A stretch of 64,000 nucleotides of DNA from Macrostomum lignano (taxonomy: Eukaryota), in NCBI GenBank assembly GCA_002269645.1, contig NIVC01001329.1, forward strand, positions 62,001-126,000, written 5' to 3'. Both the position numbers and the translations under genes were made by a program. Shown in pieces: positions 36,198 through 47,640 of this stretch; position 1 is the first letter of the stretch; each line of letters starts with the position of its first letter. Below the pieces are notes generated by a model, which saw only the letters and a program-made list of their open reading frames with translations, did not search any database and was not told the origin of the DNA.

Positions 36198-38547
36198 CTA
36201 GAAGCCGGCCAGCTTGCACACCTGCTCATACGCCAGCCCAGACACGGTCTTGCCAGAGTACGGCCCGTCCTCCAGCCGCACAGTGCAGGCATAGTCGGCC
36301 TCCTGCAGCGACAGCAGCGTTGCTAGGCGACCCTTGAACGAACCCAGAACAACTCGAACCCGGCCGCCCAGGGCGGGCAGCACAGTTTCCAGCCGGGACT
36401 CGGCCACCTCCTCGGCTCTGCGCTTCTCCACCTGGTCGTCGTCAAGGAAACGGAGCCGGGCGCCGCGCGGCGTTGTCGATTCGACAGTCGCTTTCCGTCG
36501 ATGCCAGTCCGGCCGGCCGGGGTCGACGACGCGGACCACGAGGCCGGGAGAAAGCCAGCTCCGACCCGATGCACACTTCTCCCGTTCCAGCTCTTCGCGC
36601 AGCTCCTCCACAGCGGAACGCGGTTTCTTTTGCTGTTGCAGCTGTTGCTGCTTTTGTTGTTCTTGCTTCCTGCGTTTTTTTGCTTCTTGCTCGGCTCTGT
36701 GTGGAGAGGAACAATAAAAGTTTAACCAATTAGTAAGCAATGCTCATGATGGCTTCTGGCTTAAATATGCTTTAGATCGACTCCTCGACCAGTCCGAATG
36801 CACAAATGCGCAAGACTAAACCCCTCAACCCCTTCCCCAATGTACACATACGCCAGACCAAACTCCTCCACCCCTTCCCCAATGTACACACACGCCAGAC
36901 CAAACCCCTCCATCCCTTCCCCAATGTACACACACGCCAGAACAAACCCCTCAACCCCTTCCCCAATGTACACACACGCCAGACCAAACCCCTTCACCCC
37001 TTCCCCAATGTACACACACGCTAGACCAAACCCCTCAACCCCTTCCCCAATGTACACACGCCAGACCAAAGCCATAAACGCCTTCACCAATGTACACACA
37101 CGCCAGACCAAACCTCTCAACCCCTTCTCCAATGTGCACAGGCAAAAAAAAACTTACCTGGCCAAAGCATTGCCGCCAATCTCAGCTGGCGTGGCCGCGG
37201 GTTTTATCTTCTGCTGCGGTTGTAGCGCAGGAGCCGGCGCCGGCCGCTTCAACGCAAGATTAATTTTAATTGGCTGCTGCGACTCGCCGTCGTCGCCGTC
37301 GCCCTCTGGCCGGAGCAGCTCGGTCGGGCCGTTAGATTCGCCGTCGACGTCAGAGCCTCCAGCGGCAGCCTCGGCGGCCCGCATGCGGCCCCATTCGATC
37401 TGTCTGTCAATTTGGCGCTGCTGCATCTCGGCGTCTGTCAGCTCGAGACGCTCCTTGCCGCGCTGACGGCGCTCCTGCTCGGGATCGCGCTCCAGGTACT
37501 GGACGTACCAGCCGCGTTCGGTCTCGTCCACTTTGCAGATGCCTTCACGGCCGAGCCACTGCACCAGGCCGGTCAGGGTGTGCCACCTGCGGATGGACGG
37601 GCGAAGGGGGCGGCATGAAGTGGGTGAATGAGAAGGTATCAAGTGGGCGAAGACGGCGGTATCAAGTGGGTGAATGAGGCGGCATCAAGTGGGTGAATGA
37701 GGCGGCATCACGTGGGTGAATGAGGCGGCATCACGTGGGTGAATGAGGCGACATCAAGTGGGTGAATGAGGCGGCATCAAGTGGGTGAATGAGGCGGCAT
37801 CAAGTGGGTGAATGAGGCGGCATCAAGTGGGTGAATGAGGCGGCATCACGTGGGTGAATGAGGCGGCATCAAGTGGGTGAATGAGGCGGCATCAAGTGGG
37901 TGAATGAGGCGGCATCAAGTGGGTGAATGAGGCGGCATCAAGTGGGTGAATGAGGCGGCATCAAGTGGGTGAATGAGGCGGCATCAAGTGGGTGAATGAG
38001 GCGGCATCAAGTGGGTGAATGAGGCGGCATCAAGTGGGTGAATGAGGCGGCATCACGAGGGTGAATGAGGCGGCATCACGTGGGTGAATGAGGCGGCATC
38101 AAGTGGGTGAATGAGGCGGCATCACGAGGGTGAATGAGGCGGCATCACGTGGGTGAATGAGGCGGCATCAAGTCGCCAACTAAATCAAGTGGAACTAGAC
38201 ATCTAAACTCACTTAGTGGCATTCATGTGAACATGATTCCTATCTTTGATGTACTCCTGGTACACCGAGTTGGCCAGCACCCGCTTACAACCAAACTGCC
38301 GTCTGAGAAGATCCGTATAGCCTTTCAGAAACTCTTTGCTGTACTCTTCAATGTACTTTTCGGGGGTCTCGGCGAACAGCAGCAGTTGGCGCTGGTGCGA
38401 CTCGGACATTGTGTGGCACTTGAAGCCGTTCTCATCACGGCACTGTTTCTGGCACATCTCGCAGTACCAGCGCAGCTTCTGCAGGCCCTTGGCTTTGATG
38501 CGATTGCTGATCGCTTTGGGAGTGTTGGCCTCCGCTTTCTTGCTCAT
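36198..38547 (-). CDS. KIN: DNA/RNA-binding protein KIN17, 3 exons, 420 aa
   Basis: Exons 38547-38213, 37586-37158, 36696-36198 (1263 nt). KAKGLQKLRWYCEMCQKQCRDENGFKCHTMSESHQRQL zinc finger, HVHMNATKWHTLT winged helix, C-terminal KOW/SH3-like WLSPGLVVRV...LETVLP...YEQVCKL. Confidence 0.96.
36780..37140. repeat. 42-bp minisatellite, KIN17 intron 2
   Basis: Unit CCCCTTCCCCAATGTACACACACGCCAGACCAAACCCCTCAA. Confidence 0.92.
37630..38175. repeat. 23-bp minisatellite (CAAGTGGGTGAATGAGGCGGCAT), KIN17 intron 1
   Basis: Direct reading. Confidence 0.95.
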
Positions 38548-38689
38548 AGCTGTTGCTGCTTCTGCTGTTGCCTGGACAGCAACGATTTAGTAAGTGGCTG
38601 CAATTGTGACAGAAGTTAAAGCAGAGTCAACGCATTGAAGATTCAACAGATTCTGTGAACGGCCATCATTCACAAGGTGTTTCTATGAA

Positions 38690-39330
38690 TTTGCGAATGG
38701 TCACTATTCACTGGGTGATTCTGTGAATGGTCACTATTCACTGGGTGATTCTGTGAATGGTCACTATTCACTGGGTGATTCTGTGAATGGTCACTATTCA
38801 CTGGGTGATTCTGTGAATGGTCACAATCACTGGGTGATTCTGTGAATGGTCACTATTCACTGGGTGATTCTGTGAATGGTCACTATTCACCTGGGTGATT
38901 CTGTGAATGGTCACTATTCACTGGGTGATTCTGTGAATGGTCACTATTCACTGGGTGATTCTGTGAATGGTCACTATTCACCTGGGTGATTCTGTGAATG
39001 GTCACTATTCACTGGGTGAATGTGTGAATGGTCACTATTCACTTGGGTGACTCTGTGAACGATTACTATTCATTAGGTGATTCTGTGAATGCCACTATTC
39101 ACTGGGTGATTCTGTAAACGGTCACTATTCACTGGGTGATTCTGTGAATGTTCCCTCACTATTCACTGGGTGATTTTGTGAAGGTCACTATTCACTTGGG
39201 TGATTCCGTGAACGGTTCACTATTCCCTGGATGATTTCGCAAATGGTCAATATTCACTTGGGTGATTCTGCGAAAGGTCACTATTCACTTGGGTGATTCT
39301 GTGAACGGTCAATATTCACTGGGTGATTCT
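38690..39330. repeat. 30-bp minisatellite (GAATGGTCACTATTCACTGGGTGATTCTGT) upstream of KIN17
   Basis: Direct reading. Confidence 0.94.
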
Positions 39331-40082
39331 GGGTGATGTTAACTTAATTTTCTGAATAATCTAAGTAAACTTTTATTAGTCAAATTTAAGACTAAATTAT
39401 ATTATACAAACCAATAAATAAAATAAGTCATAAAAAGATCAAACGTCAAACTTGATCACTAATATGTAAAATTTATTGTACTGAAACAAATTAATCCAAA
39501 TATTTAAACGGAGTTCCTGTACAATCGATTAACTTCTTGAAGAATTCTTTTTTTATTCAAAACGCCATCGCGTCAAAAAAGTTGAAAGAGCTCAACTTTA
39601 ATACTTTTACATGATTATTACGAGCTACTTCTTTAAATGGCTTGATTGCAAACCCACGCAACTTTCTGAACATTCTGAGTACAATGAATAAAATACAAAG
39701 GCCTTTTAAAAAGCAATAAATTACGTAAACAAAAATAAGAAACATTAATTATGCAGCAATTCATACAGATTACACCCAATACCCATTGTGAGAAAAAATT
39801 TTCTGACAAAATCTTTAGACTCCTGAATATGAATGACATTAAGATACAGCTAAGATAGTGGACTGGATCCGACACACCAAAATTTTAGGATCTAAAAATC
39901 TAAGAATCTGACACAAAAACTGCTTGGGATCTGCGAGACTTTGATTGTGGGATTTGACACCCTCTAAACTGTGGGATCTATTACAAGATTTATTTGTAAT
40001 TGTTACTGAAAACTGAGAATCCTAGTCGATAGCTACATGAGATGCAATGGACAGTCCCGGACGCTCCTGGATGCCCTGGTGT

Positions 40083-42266
40083 TCAGCGCCTGGCCAGCTT
40101 GGCGATGCCGATGGCGGCTCCAACGGCAGCGCCGACGCCCACAATGGCAGCCGCTCCACCCAGGATGGCGACGCCGACGGTGCCGTCGCGTTTGCGCTGC
40201 TTCTCGGCCTCCTGCCGGAGCTGGCGGACCTGGTGATTGTTCGGCTCCACTTTCAGAATGCCGTCAATGTACTCAAATGCGTCCTCGTATTCGGCCAGCT
40301 TCACCTGGGAATAAGAGGTGTATAACAGAAGATAGAATCAAGATATAACAGAAGATAGAAACAAGGTATAACAGAAGATAGAAACAAGATATAACAGAAG
40401 AAGATAGAATCAAGATATAACAGAAAATAGAATCAGGATATAACAGAAGATAGAATCAAGATATAACGGAAGATAGAATCAAGATATAACAGAAGATAGG
40501 ACCAAGATATAAAAGAAGATATGATCAAGATATAACAAAAGAAGATAGAATTAAGATATGACAGAATATATAATCAAGATATAACAGAAGATAGAATCAA
40601 GATATAACAGAAGACAGGATCAAGATATAACAGAAGATAGAATCAAGATATAACAGAAGATAGAAACAAGATATAACAGAAGACAGGATCAAGATATAAC
40701 AGAAGATAGAATCAAGATATAACAGAAGACAGGATCAAGATATAACAGAAGATAGGATCAAGATATAACAGAAGATAGAAACAAGATATAACAGAAGATA
40801 GGATCAAGATATAACAGAAGACAGGATCAAGATATAACAGAAGATAGAATCAAGATATAACAGAAGACAGGATCAAGATATAACAGAAGATAGAATCAAG
40901 ATATAACAGAAGATAGAAACAAGATATAACAGAAGATAGAAACAAGATATAACAGAAGATAGGATCAAGATATAACAGAAGACAGGATCAAGATATAACA
41001 GAAGATAGGATCAAGATATAACGGAAGACAGGATCAAGATATAACAGAAGATAGGATCAAGATATAACAGAAGACAGGATCAAGATATAACAGAAGATAG
41101 GATCAAGATATAACGGAAGATAGGATCAAGATATAACAGAAGATAGGATCAAGATATAACAGAAGATAGAATCAAGATATAACAGAAGATAGGATCAAGA
41201 TATAACAGAAGATAGAATCAAGATATAACAGAAGATAGGATCAAGATATAACAGAAGACAGGATCAAGATATAACAGAAGATAGAATCAAGATATAACAG
41301 AAGACAGGATCAAGATATAACAGAAGATAGAATCAAGATATAACAGAAGATAGAATCAAGATATAATAGAAGATAGAATCAAGATATAACAGAAGATAGA
41401 AACAAGATATAACAGAAGATAGGATCAAGATATAACAGAAGATAGGATCAAGATATAACGGAAGACAGGATCAAGATATAACAGAAGATAGGATCAAGAT
41501 ATAACAGAAGACAGGATCAAGATATAACAGAAGATAGGATCAAGATATAACGGAAGATAGGATCAAGATATAACAGAAGATAGGATCAAGATATAACAGA
41601 AGATAGAATCAAGATATAACAGAAGATAGGATCAAGATATAACAGAAGATAGGATCAAGATATAACAGAAGACAGGATCAAGATATAACAGAAGATAGGA
41701 TCAAGATATAACGGAAGATAGGATCAAGATATAACGGAAGACAGGATCAAGATATAACAGAAGATAGAATCAAGATATAACAGAAGATAGAAACAAGATA
41801 TAACAGAAGATAGGATCAAGATATAACGGAAGACAGGATCAAGATATAACAGAAGATAGGATCAAGATATAACAGAAGATAGGATCAAGATATAACAGAA
41901 GATAGGATCAAGATATAACAGAAGATAGAAGCCAGATGTAGCAGAAATAAAGAAACAGATAATAAATGCATTTTAGCATAAGATGAAATGAGATGCTTAG
42001 CGTTGCCCCACCTTGGCCACAGCAATGTAGTACAAGTAGTCTCGCTTGGCAGTTTCATCTTTGGTGCCTAAAAAGAGGCTCTGCAGCAGCTGGCAGGCCA
42101 GGCGAAGGCTGGGCCTGTGTCGCGTCCTGCTTAGGCCCCAGGCGTATGCAAACTGGGCCGCCTCCAGAGCCTCCGGATTGCTCGGCTTCTCCGATTCTTT
42201 CTCATATTGAAGTTGGCATCGCTCCAAGTCTTCAGTTGATATTGTGTCTTCTAGAATGCTGCACAT
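40083..42266 (-). CDS. FIS1: Mitochondrial fission 1 protein (TPR plus C-terminal tail anchor), 2 exons, ~158 aa
   Basis: Exons 42266-42012 and 40304-40083, phase 0. QFAYAWGLSR, KRDYLYYIAVAK|VKLAEYEDA, LKVEPNNHQVRQL, DGTVGVAILGG tail anchor plus basic end. AATAAA on the minus strand at 39989-39994. Confidence 0.93.
40320..41930. repeat. 23-bp minisatellite (CAAGATATAACAGAAGATAGAAT), ~70 copies, filling the FIS1 intron
   Basis: Direct reading; about 1.6 kb of a 1.7-kb intron. Confidence 0.97.
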
Positions 42267-42499
42267 CTTCCTTTACTTAACAGCAAAAATGTGCATTGTT
42301 GTGTCCAGATTATGCCTGGGAAGAATTCATTTTAAAAAGGCATTTTAAACACATTTTTCTACTGAAACATTTTTCTGAATTTTAAAAGCCCTCTGTATCT
42401 AGGAAAAAAGCATTGTCAGCACAATGATAGTCTTTAATAAATGCAACTTCTTTGTTGTTTGTAGGTAGCAAGACTTCAAAGTTTCACATTAGTTTAGAG

Positions 42500-42792
42500 C
42501 AGGGGTTGGCAAACTCCAGTTATCTGCCTCTGTATCTGCCCTGTGGGTGCTTTGAAACTTCACAATAGCAATCTGGCCTACTCAATGTTTATATCGCTTC
42601 TTAGTGCTCTTCCCTCTTGTCTCTCTTCTCTTTTCTTTTCTCCTCTCCTTTTCTCTCCTATTTTATCTTTCTTCTCCTTTCCTTGTCGCATCTCCTCTCC
42701 TCTTTATTCCCTCTCCTCTCACCTCCTCTAGCCTACAGTTGTGGTTCAAGTTCTATATCTAGACCTTAGGATAAAAAAATTGCCAACCCCTG
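42500..42792. mobile_element. 293-bp hAT (Charlie/hobo-like) MITE with perfect 8-bp TSD
   Basis: TIR CAGGGGTTGGCAA / TTGCCAACCCCTG; GTTTAGAG on both sides (42492-42499, 42793-42800); CT-rich interior. Related ends at ~46045 and ~54091-54103. Confidence 0.9.
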
Positions 42793-44237
42793 GTTTAGAG
42801 CTTGTGCACATTATTTGGCTAGGGGATATAATGCAATTTGCATCTTAGCTAGGCCATAAGGCAAAATATATATGCTTGATGCTTTAAAATTAAAGTGTCT
42901 ATACATAATGAGTGCCTATACAAGTATGCCGATAGACAATATCTATAAAAAACCACTTCATAATTAGTTGTAGGCAATAGTATATCTAGGACTTTCCTCA
43001 ATGGGTAAATGAAAAATATTTTTCCAGAGGTGGCCTTATTATGTAAATTTTTATTGGTGCAATATAAAATTAAAAAATGACAAATTGTTTTGTAATGTAA
43101 TATTAATATATAAATGCATATAAAAAGAACATTCAATTAATATAGGCCTAAAGTGTCTAAACATGAAGTTAATTATGTCAAAATTGAATTAGCATGCCAC
43201 ATCACAATTTAAAATTTCCTAAGACTTAAAATTTCTCTAAGTTTATAATTTAAGCATTTACAATAATCTGCTTAAGTTAAATAAGGCCAAAACTTTGAAC
43301 TTTAAATTTTTTTTATAATAATAGAAAATTTGATCCACTTGATGGTTTTATAAAAATTTTATTCTTATCAAATTTTGAGTGGTAGCAGCGCCCTCTCACA
43401 TTGAGCTGAGCAACCTATATATAAAACAAATGCACACCTGGGATTAGGGATGCTGAATCAGAGCACGTATATATAGCGCATAAAAACAAGCACAAGTACA
43501 AGGTTGGGGCAATAAAAAAGGGGGCAGTGAGGCAGGTTGCTCAGCCATTAAAAATGGCTTAAGCCCACTTGCTTTACCCAACCATAAAAACACTTTATGA
43601 ATTATAGGGGTCTAGCCTTGCCTTTTAATAAGTTTTGCCATTTTAAAACAGTAATGAATTTTGAAAGTTAGGCTAGGCCTAATAAAACAAATAGCTTGGC
43701 TATGATAAGTGTTATGATTTTTGCAAATGAATAACTTTAAAAAATATAAACAAAAATGGACAAAAAGAGAAAAATAATTTGTTATAAAGAAAAAACATTT
43801 TAAAAATGTTTCACTGACTTCTATATAGATGATAACAAACTATATCAACCTTTTCATAGAAATAGCAGCCATGTCTAGGCCTATAAAATTGGAGCTTATA
43901 GGTATGTCTACTAGAATCTAGAACTAGTATGTCTACTAGTTTTTGTCAAGTCAAGCAGTAAGTCTAGTTTTGTTGTCATGAGTTGAGTAGCTCACCTTGA
44001 GTCAAGTAATTTTTGAGTTTTTGACAGTTTGGATCAGACTATTTTGGGTCATAGATAGTTAGGTAGGTCATAGACAGTTTAGGTCATAGACAGTTTAGGT
44101 CCTAGACAGGTTAGTAAATATTTTGACCAATATAATTCTTATCAAAAGTCAAGATTTTTGCTATTAAATATGGTTATATGAAGAATGATTGTACTTTGCT
44201 TCCTTTTTGCTACTACCTAGTGTTACAATAGTGCATT

Positions 44238-44348
44238 CATACATGCACAACCTTGGGAATTGCTCGGCCATTTCTATTGGCAACACACACATGTAAGTCG
44301 CTATTGGCTGAGAGCAGTCACGTGACTACTATTCCATCCAATAGCGAC
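44238..44348. mobile_element. Truncated copy of the 172-bp foldback MITE
   Basis: CATACATGCACAACCTTGGGAATTGCTCGGCCATTTCTATTGGCAACACACACATGTAAGTCGCTATTGG... matches the arms of 50145-50316; stops shortly after the central spacer. Confidence 0.8.
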
Positions 44349-44416
44349 AAAATTTAGTGCTGCTGGTCGCATAGTCTGGCCGCCATACCATCATATATAT
44401 CTCTATATTTTATATA

Positions 44417-45365
44417 CGAGGGGTGTCCAAAAAGTAGTGATACTTTTAACCGTAGCTCTCATTCTATACCTTCCTGTGATTTAAAATTTTATGAACTGAT
44501 AGCAGAAAATCTCTTCTACAGACTGCTTTTTAAATTTTTAAAATTGATACTAGAGAACAAAAGTTATACTTACGAAAGTAACAGTACCTGTACCATAGAG
44601 TTACACAAATTATATCAAAATTTATAATAGTCGACTTCTGCACTCATTCATTAAGAAGGCATCGATAAATGTCTTGTTTAAGCAATACCAAACCCCAATT
44701 GCAAAATGATGCTCACTGTGACTGACTGAAATTTATCTATGGACGGGATCAGGCGCAGAAAAATAAAGCATTAAATAAAGCAAACAGAGGAGCTTGCATT
44801 TTGCAATTTGTTTATGATTTCATTGCCCATACTCGACAACACACATGAATGTGCACTCAGTTGTTGCTCAACAAAGTGCCATCTTCACTCTTTGGGGTGC
44901 TGGCCATGGTGCCTCAGCAATTCACGCAAAACTTTGCTCTGCGCACGGATCCTCTGTGGTCAGCAAAATGACAGTTTATCGATGGATGGAGCAGTTCAGC
45001 GAGGGAAGGACTGACTTGGCAGGGCGGCCATACGTTCATTGACCTGATGTACTAGCGGACTCCATTCTGGATCTTCTTGACCATTAGAGAGATCGCTGAC
45101 AGGTTGGACAAGACAAAATCAACAATTCATCGAAGCTTCCTCGGCATGGATCTCGTGAAGCTCAGCCTATAATTTGTGTAACTCTATGGTACAGGTACTG
45201 CTACTTTCGTGGGTATAACTTTTGTTCTCTGGTATCAATTTTAAAAATTCAAAAAGCAGTCTGTAGAAGAGATTTTCCACTATCAGTTCATAAAATTTTA
45301 AATCACAGGAAGGTATAGAATGAGAGCTACGGTTAAAATTATCACTACTTTTTGGACACCCCTCG
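44417..45365 (+). mobile_element. Internally deleted Tc1/mariner element with ~197-bp TIRs and TA target duplication
   Basis: TA|CGAGGGGTGTCCAAAAAGTAGTGAT... (44417-44613) is the inverse of 45168-45365 (...TTTTTGGACACCCCTCG|TA). Interior keeps only DNA-binding remnants (44845-45042 QQSAIFTL...SKMTVYRWMEQFSEGRTDL; ~45077-45136 LTIREIADRLDKTKSTIHR), no DDD domain. Confidence 0.9.
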
Positions 45366-46419
45366 TATATATATAATGTATAGTAGATACAGGAAAGGTC
45401 AGAGGACTATACGAGTACTATACATTGGCAAGTTGAGTTGAGTGAGGCCAAGTAAGTCTGAGTACACTATGGTGCTGCTGGTCGCATAGTCTGGCCGCCA
45501 CACCATCATATATATCTCTATATTTTATATATATATATATAATGTATAGTAGATACAGGAAAGGTCAGAGGACTATACAAGTACTATACATTGGCAAGTT
45601 GAGTTGAGTGAGGCCAAGTAAGTCTGAGTACACTATGGTCAACTGACAACTATGTAGTAGTAGTAGTATTAGTAGTAGAAATAGTAGTAGTAGTAGTGGT
45701 AGTAGTATATAGTTTATAGCTATGGCTGTCACTGGCAGGGCCATGGTCATCTAAAAAACTAGAACCAAGTTAAACTTATTTATTTAACAAGCTATTGAAA
45801 CCTGCAGATTTTTAACCTGGGGAATTCCAATCCCCAGAACTAGGCTCATGGTATTTTTGCATGTATTCTGAAATCTGAGTCTAAACTCAAAAAAACTTGT
45901 TAATAGTTAGTGGGATAGAGGTAAACATAAAATGGAGTAGGCCTACATTCATGTAAAATTAGGATTTGAAGCAAACATTTGAATATTGTTGGCTGGGGTG
46001 TTGTGCAGAATGTCGTCAATGTCTATTTGACTCTTAAAGCATATATTGGCAAACTCTGGCCTCTGCCTCTGACTCTTCCTACATCCCTTAGATACTTAAA
46101 AACTACTATCTTCTCTTCTGTTTCCTTTCTTCTCTCTTATCCCTAGTCTTTCCTCTCCTTATCTCTTCTCTTTTTTCTTTTCTTCTCCTCTTTCCTTTCT
46201 CCCCTCTTTTCTTGTATCCTCCCTCATCTCTCTTCTCTTTCATCTCTTTTATCTCATCTCTTCTCTCTTCTTTTCTTTCTCCATTCTTTTCTTCTCTCCT
46301 TTTTTCTCTCTATTTTTTCTCTCCTCTCTTCTCTCCCATTTGTTCTTTATCTTTCCTTAAATCTCCTCTTTTATCTCTTCTCATTTCTCTTTGCTCTCTA
46401 TTTTCTCTTCTCTCTCCCT

Positions 46420-46647
46420 CTGGGTTTTTTTGTCCATAACTTAGGTGTGATTTCACACCCTGTGCTAGATTTCAAGGTGCAATTTTTAACACCAGGATGC
46501 ACTGCATGTCCATAACACAAAATTGTGAAATCTGCATCACATCCTTGCAAAAACTTCTAGTGCACTTTTCGCACCCTGAGTCAAAATTCAGCGTGCGATT
46601 TTTAAGACCAGGATGCTATTTGCACCCATTTGCACAAAAAAACCCAG
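46420..46647. mobile_element. 228-bp MITE, 14-bp perfect TIR, probable 9-bp TSD (Mutator-like)
   Basis: CTGGGTTTTTTTGT / ACAAAAAAACCCAG; flanks TCTCTCCCT (46411-46419) and GCTCTCCCT (46648-46656). The flanks are low complexity, so the TSD is less certain. Confidence 0.65.
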
Positions 46648-47269
46648 GCTCTCCCTTCTTCTCATTCCTCACTCTCCTCTCTTAACACTTCCATCTTCTT
46701 TCCTCTCTCCTCTTAACTCTACTATACCCTCTTATCTCAACTCTTTCCTCGCTTTCTCTCTTTCCTCTCATTTCTAAGATTATCTACTGTTATTTCCAAT
46801 GTTGTGCAATAGGCCTTCTTCTTTTAGTAGTTTACATTTCTTAGAAAAGGTATAAATTCAAAAAAAGCTATTCTTTTGTTTTACTACACAAATATTTTGT
46901 ATACTTTGTATATTTTCTATATTCTTTATATTACTTTTTGTTTGAAATGACAGGAAAAATTATACTATAAATAGAGGCCATTTGAGAGCCTAGCAAACCA
47001 ACTTGCTAACTTCCTGTTCCTCATTGAACAACTTTAATACTCTCATTTGAGAAGAAATTCTATCAGCTCGTATTTGCTCGTGTTACTTATTTCGAGTAGT
47101 GGATAGTAGTTTAGGAGTTGCCCCAAGATTGGGAGTCCAGTCCGTTCTCAGAGAACGAGAAATCCTAGACTTAGGAGTCTAGTAACCCGCCTTTAGGAGG
47201 CAGAATTCCTACCACAGGGTAGAGAAATCCAGGCTTAGAGTCTGAGAAACCTGCCTCAGGGCAGAATAC

Positions 47270-47640
47270 CTAGCAAAGTGCGCTGTGACCCTCTGATCCC
47301 GGGAATGCCCAGGACTGAGAATAATACCTTTAGAGGAATATAGGAATAGGATAGACAGTGCCTAAAAGACCGCTCAGGCCAGAAAGTACAATAGAAGTAC
47401 AGATGCTACCAGTAAAAGTACATACGCTACCAATAGAAGTACAGACGCTACCAATAGAAGTACATACGCTACTAGTAAAAGGCAAGTAATAACCAGCAAT
47501 ATTAACAAGAAGGAATAACCCCTGCAACAGCTTGGTGGCAGCAAGTAAGGCTAAACAAAAGAATAAATAAGAGCCCTGGGACAGCTTTTGGTGGCATAAC
47601 GGTGGAATTCTCATAGAGAGCCAAAAGGCCTGTTATAGTT
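47270..47640 (+). repeat. Dispersed ~370-bp repeat, inverted partner of 52380-52760
   Basis: Shared blocks GTGACCCTCT...GGGAATGCCC, CCGCTCAGGCCA, AGGAATAACCCCTG...TTGGTGGCAG, TGGTGGCATAACGGT.GAATT.TCATAGAGAGCCAAAAGGCCTGT. Confidence 0.75.

Noticed and set aside
40320-41930. Regular 23-bp array resembling a CRISPR locus
   Set aside because: No unique spacers, no cas genes, and it lies inside a spliceosomal intron; the same holds for all other arrays.
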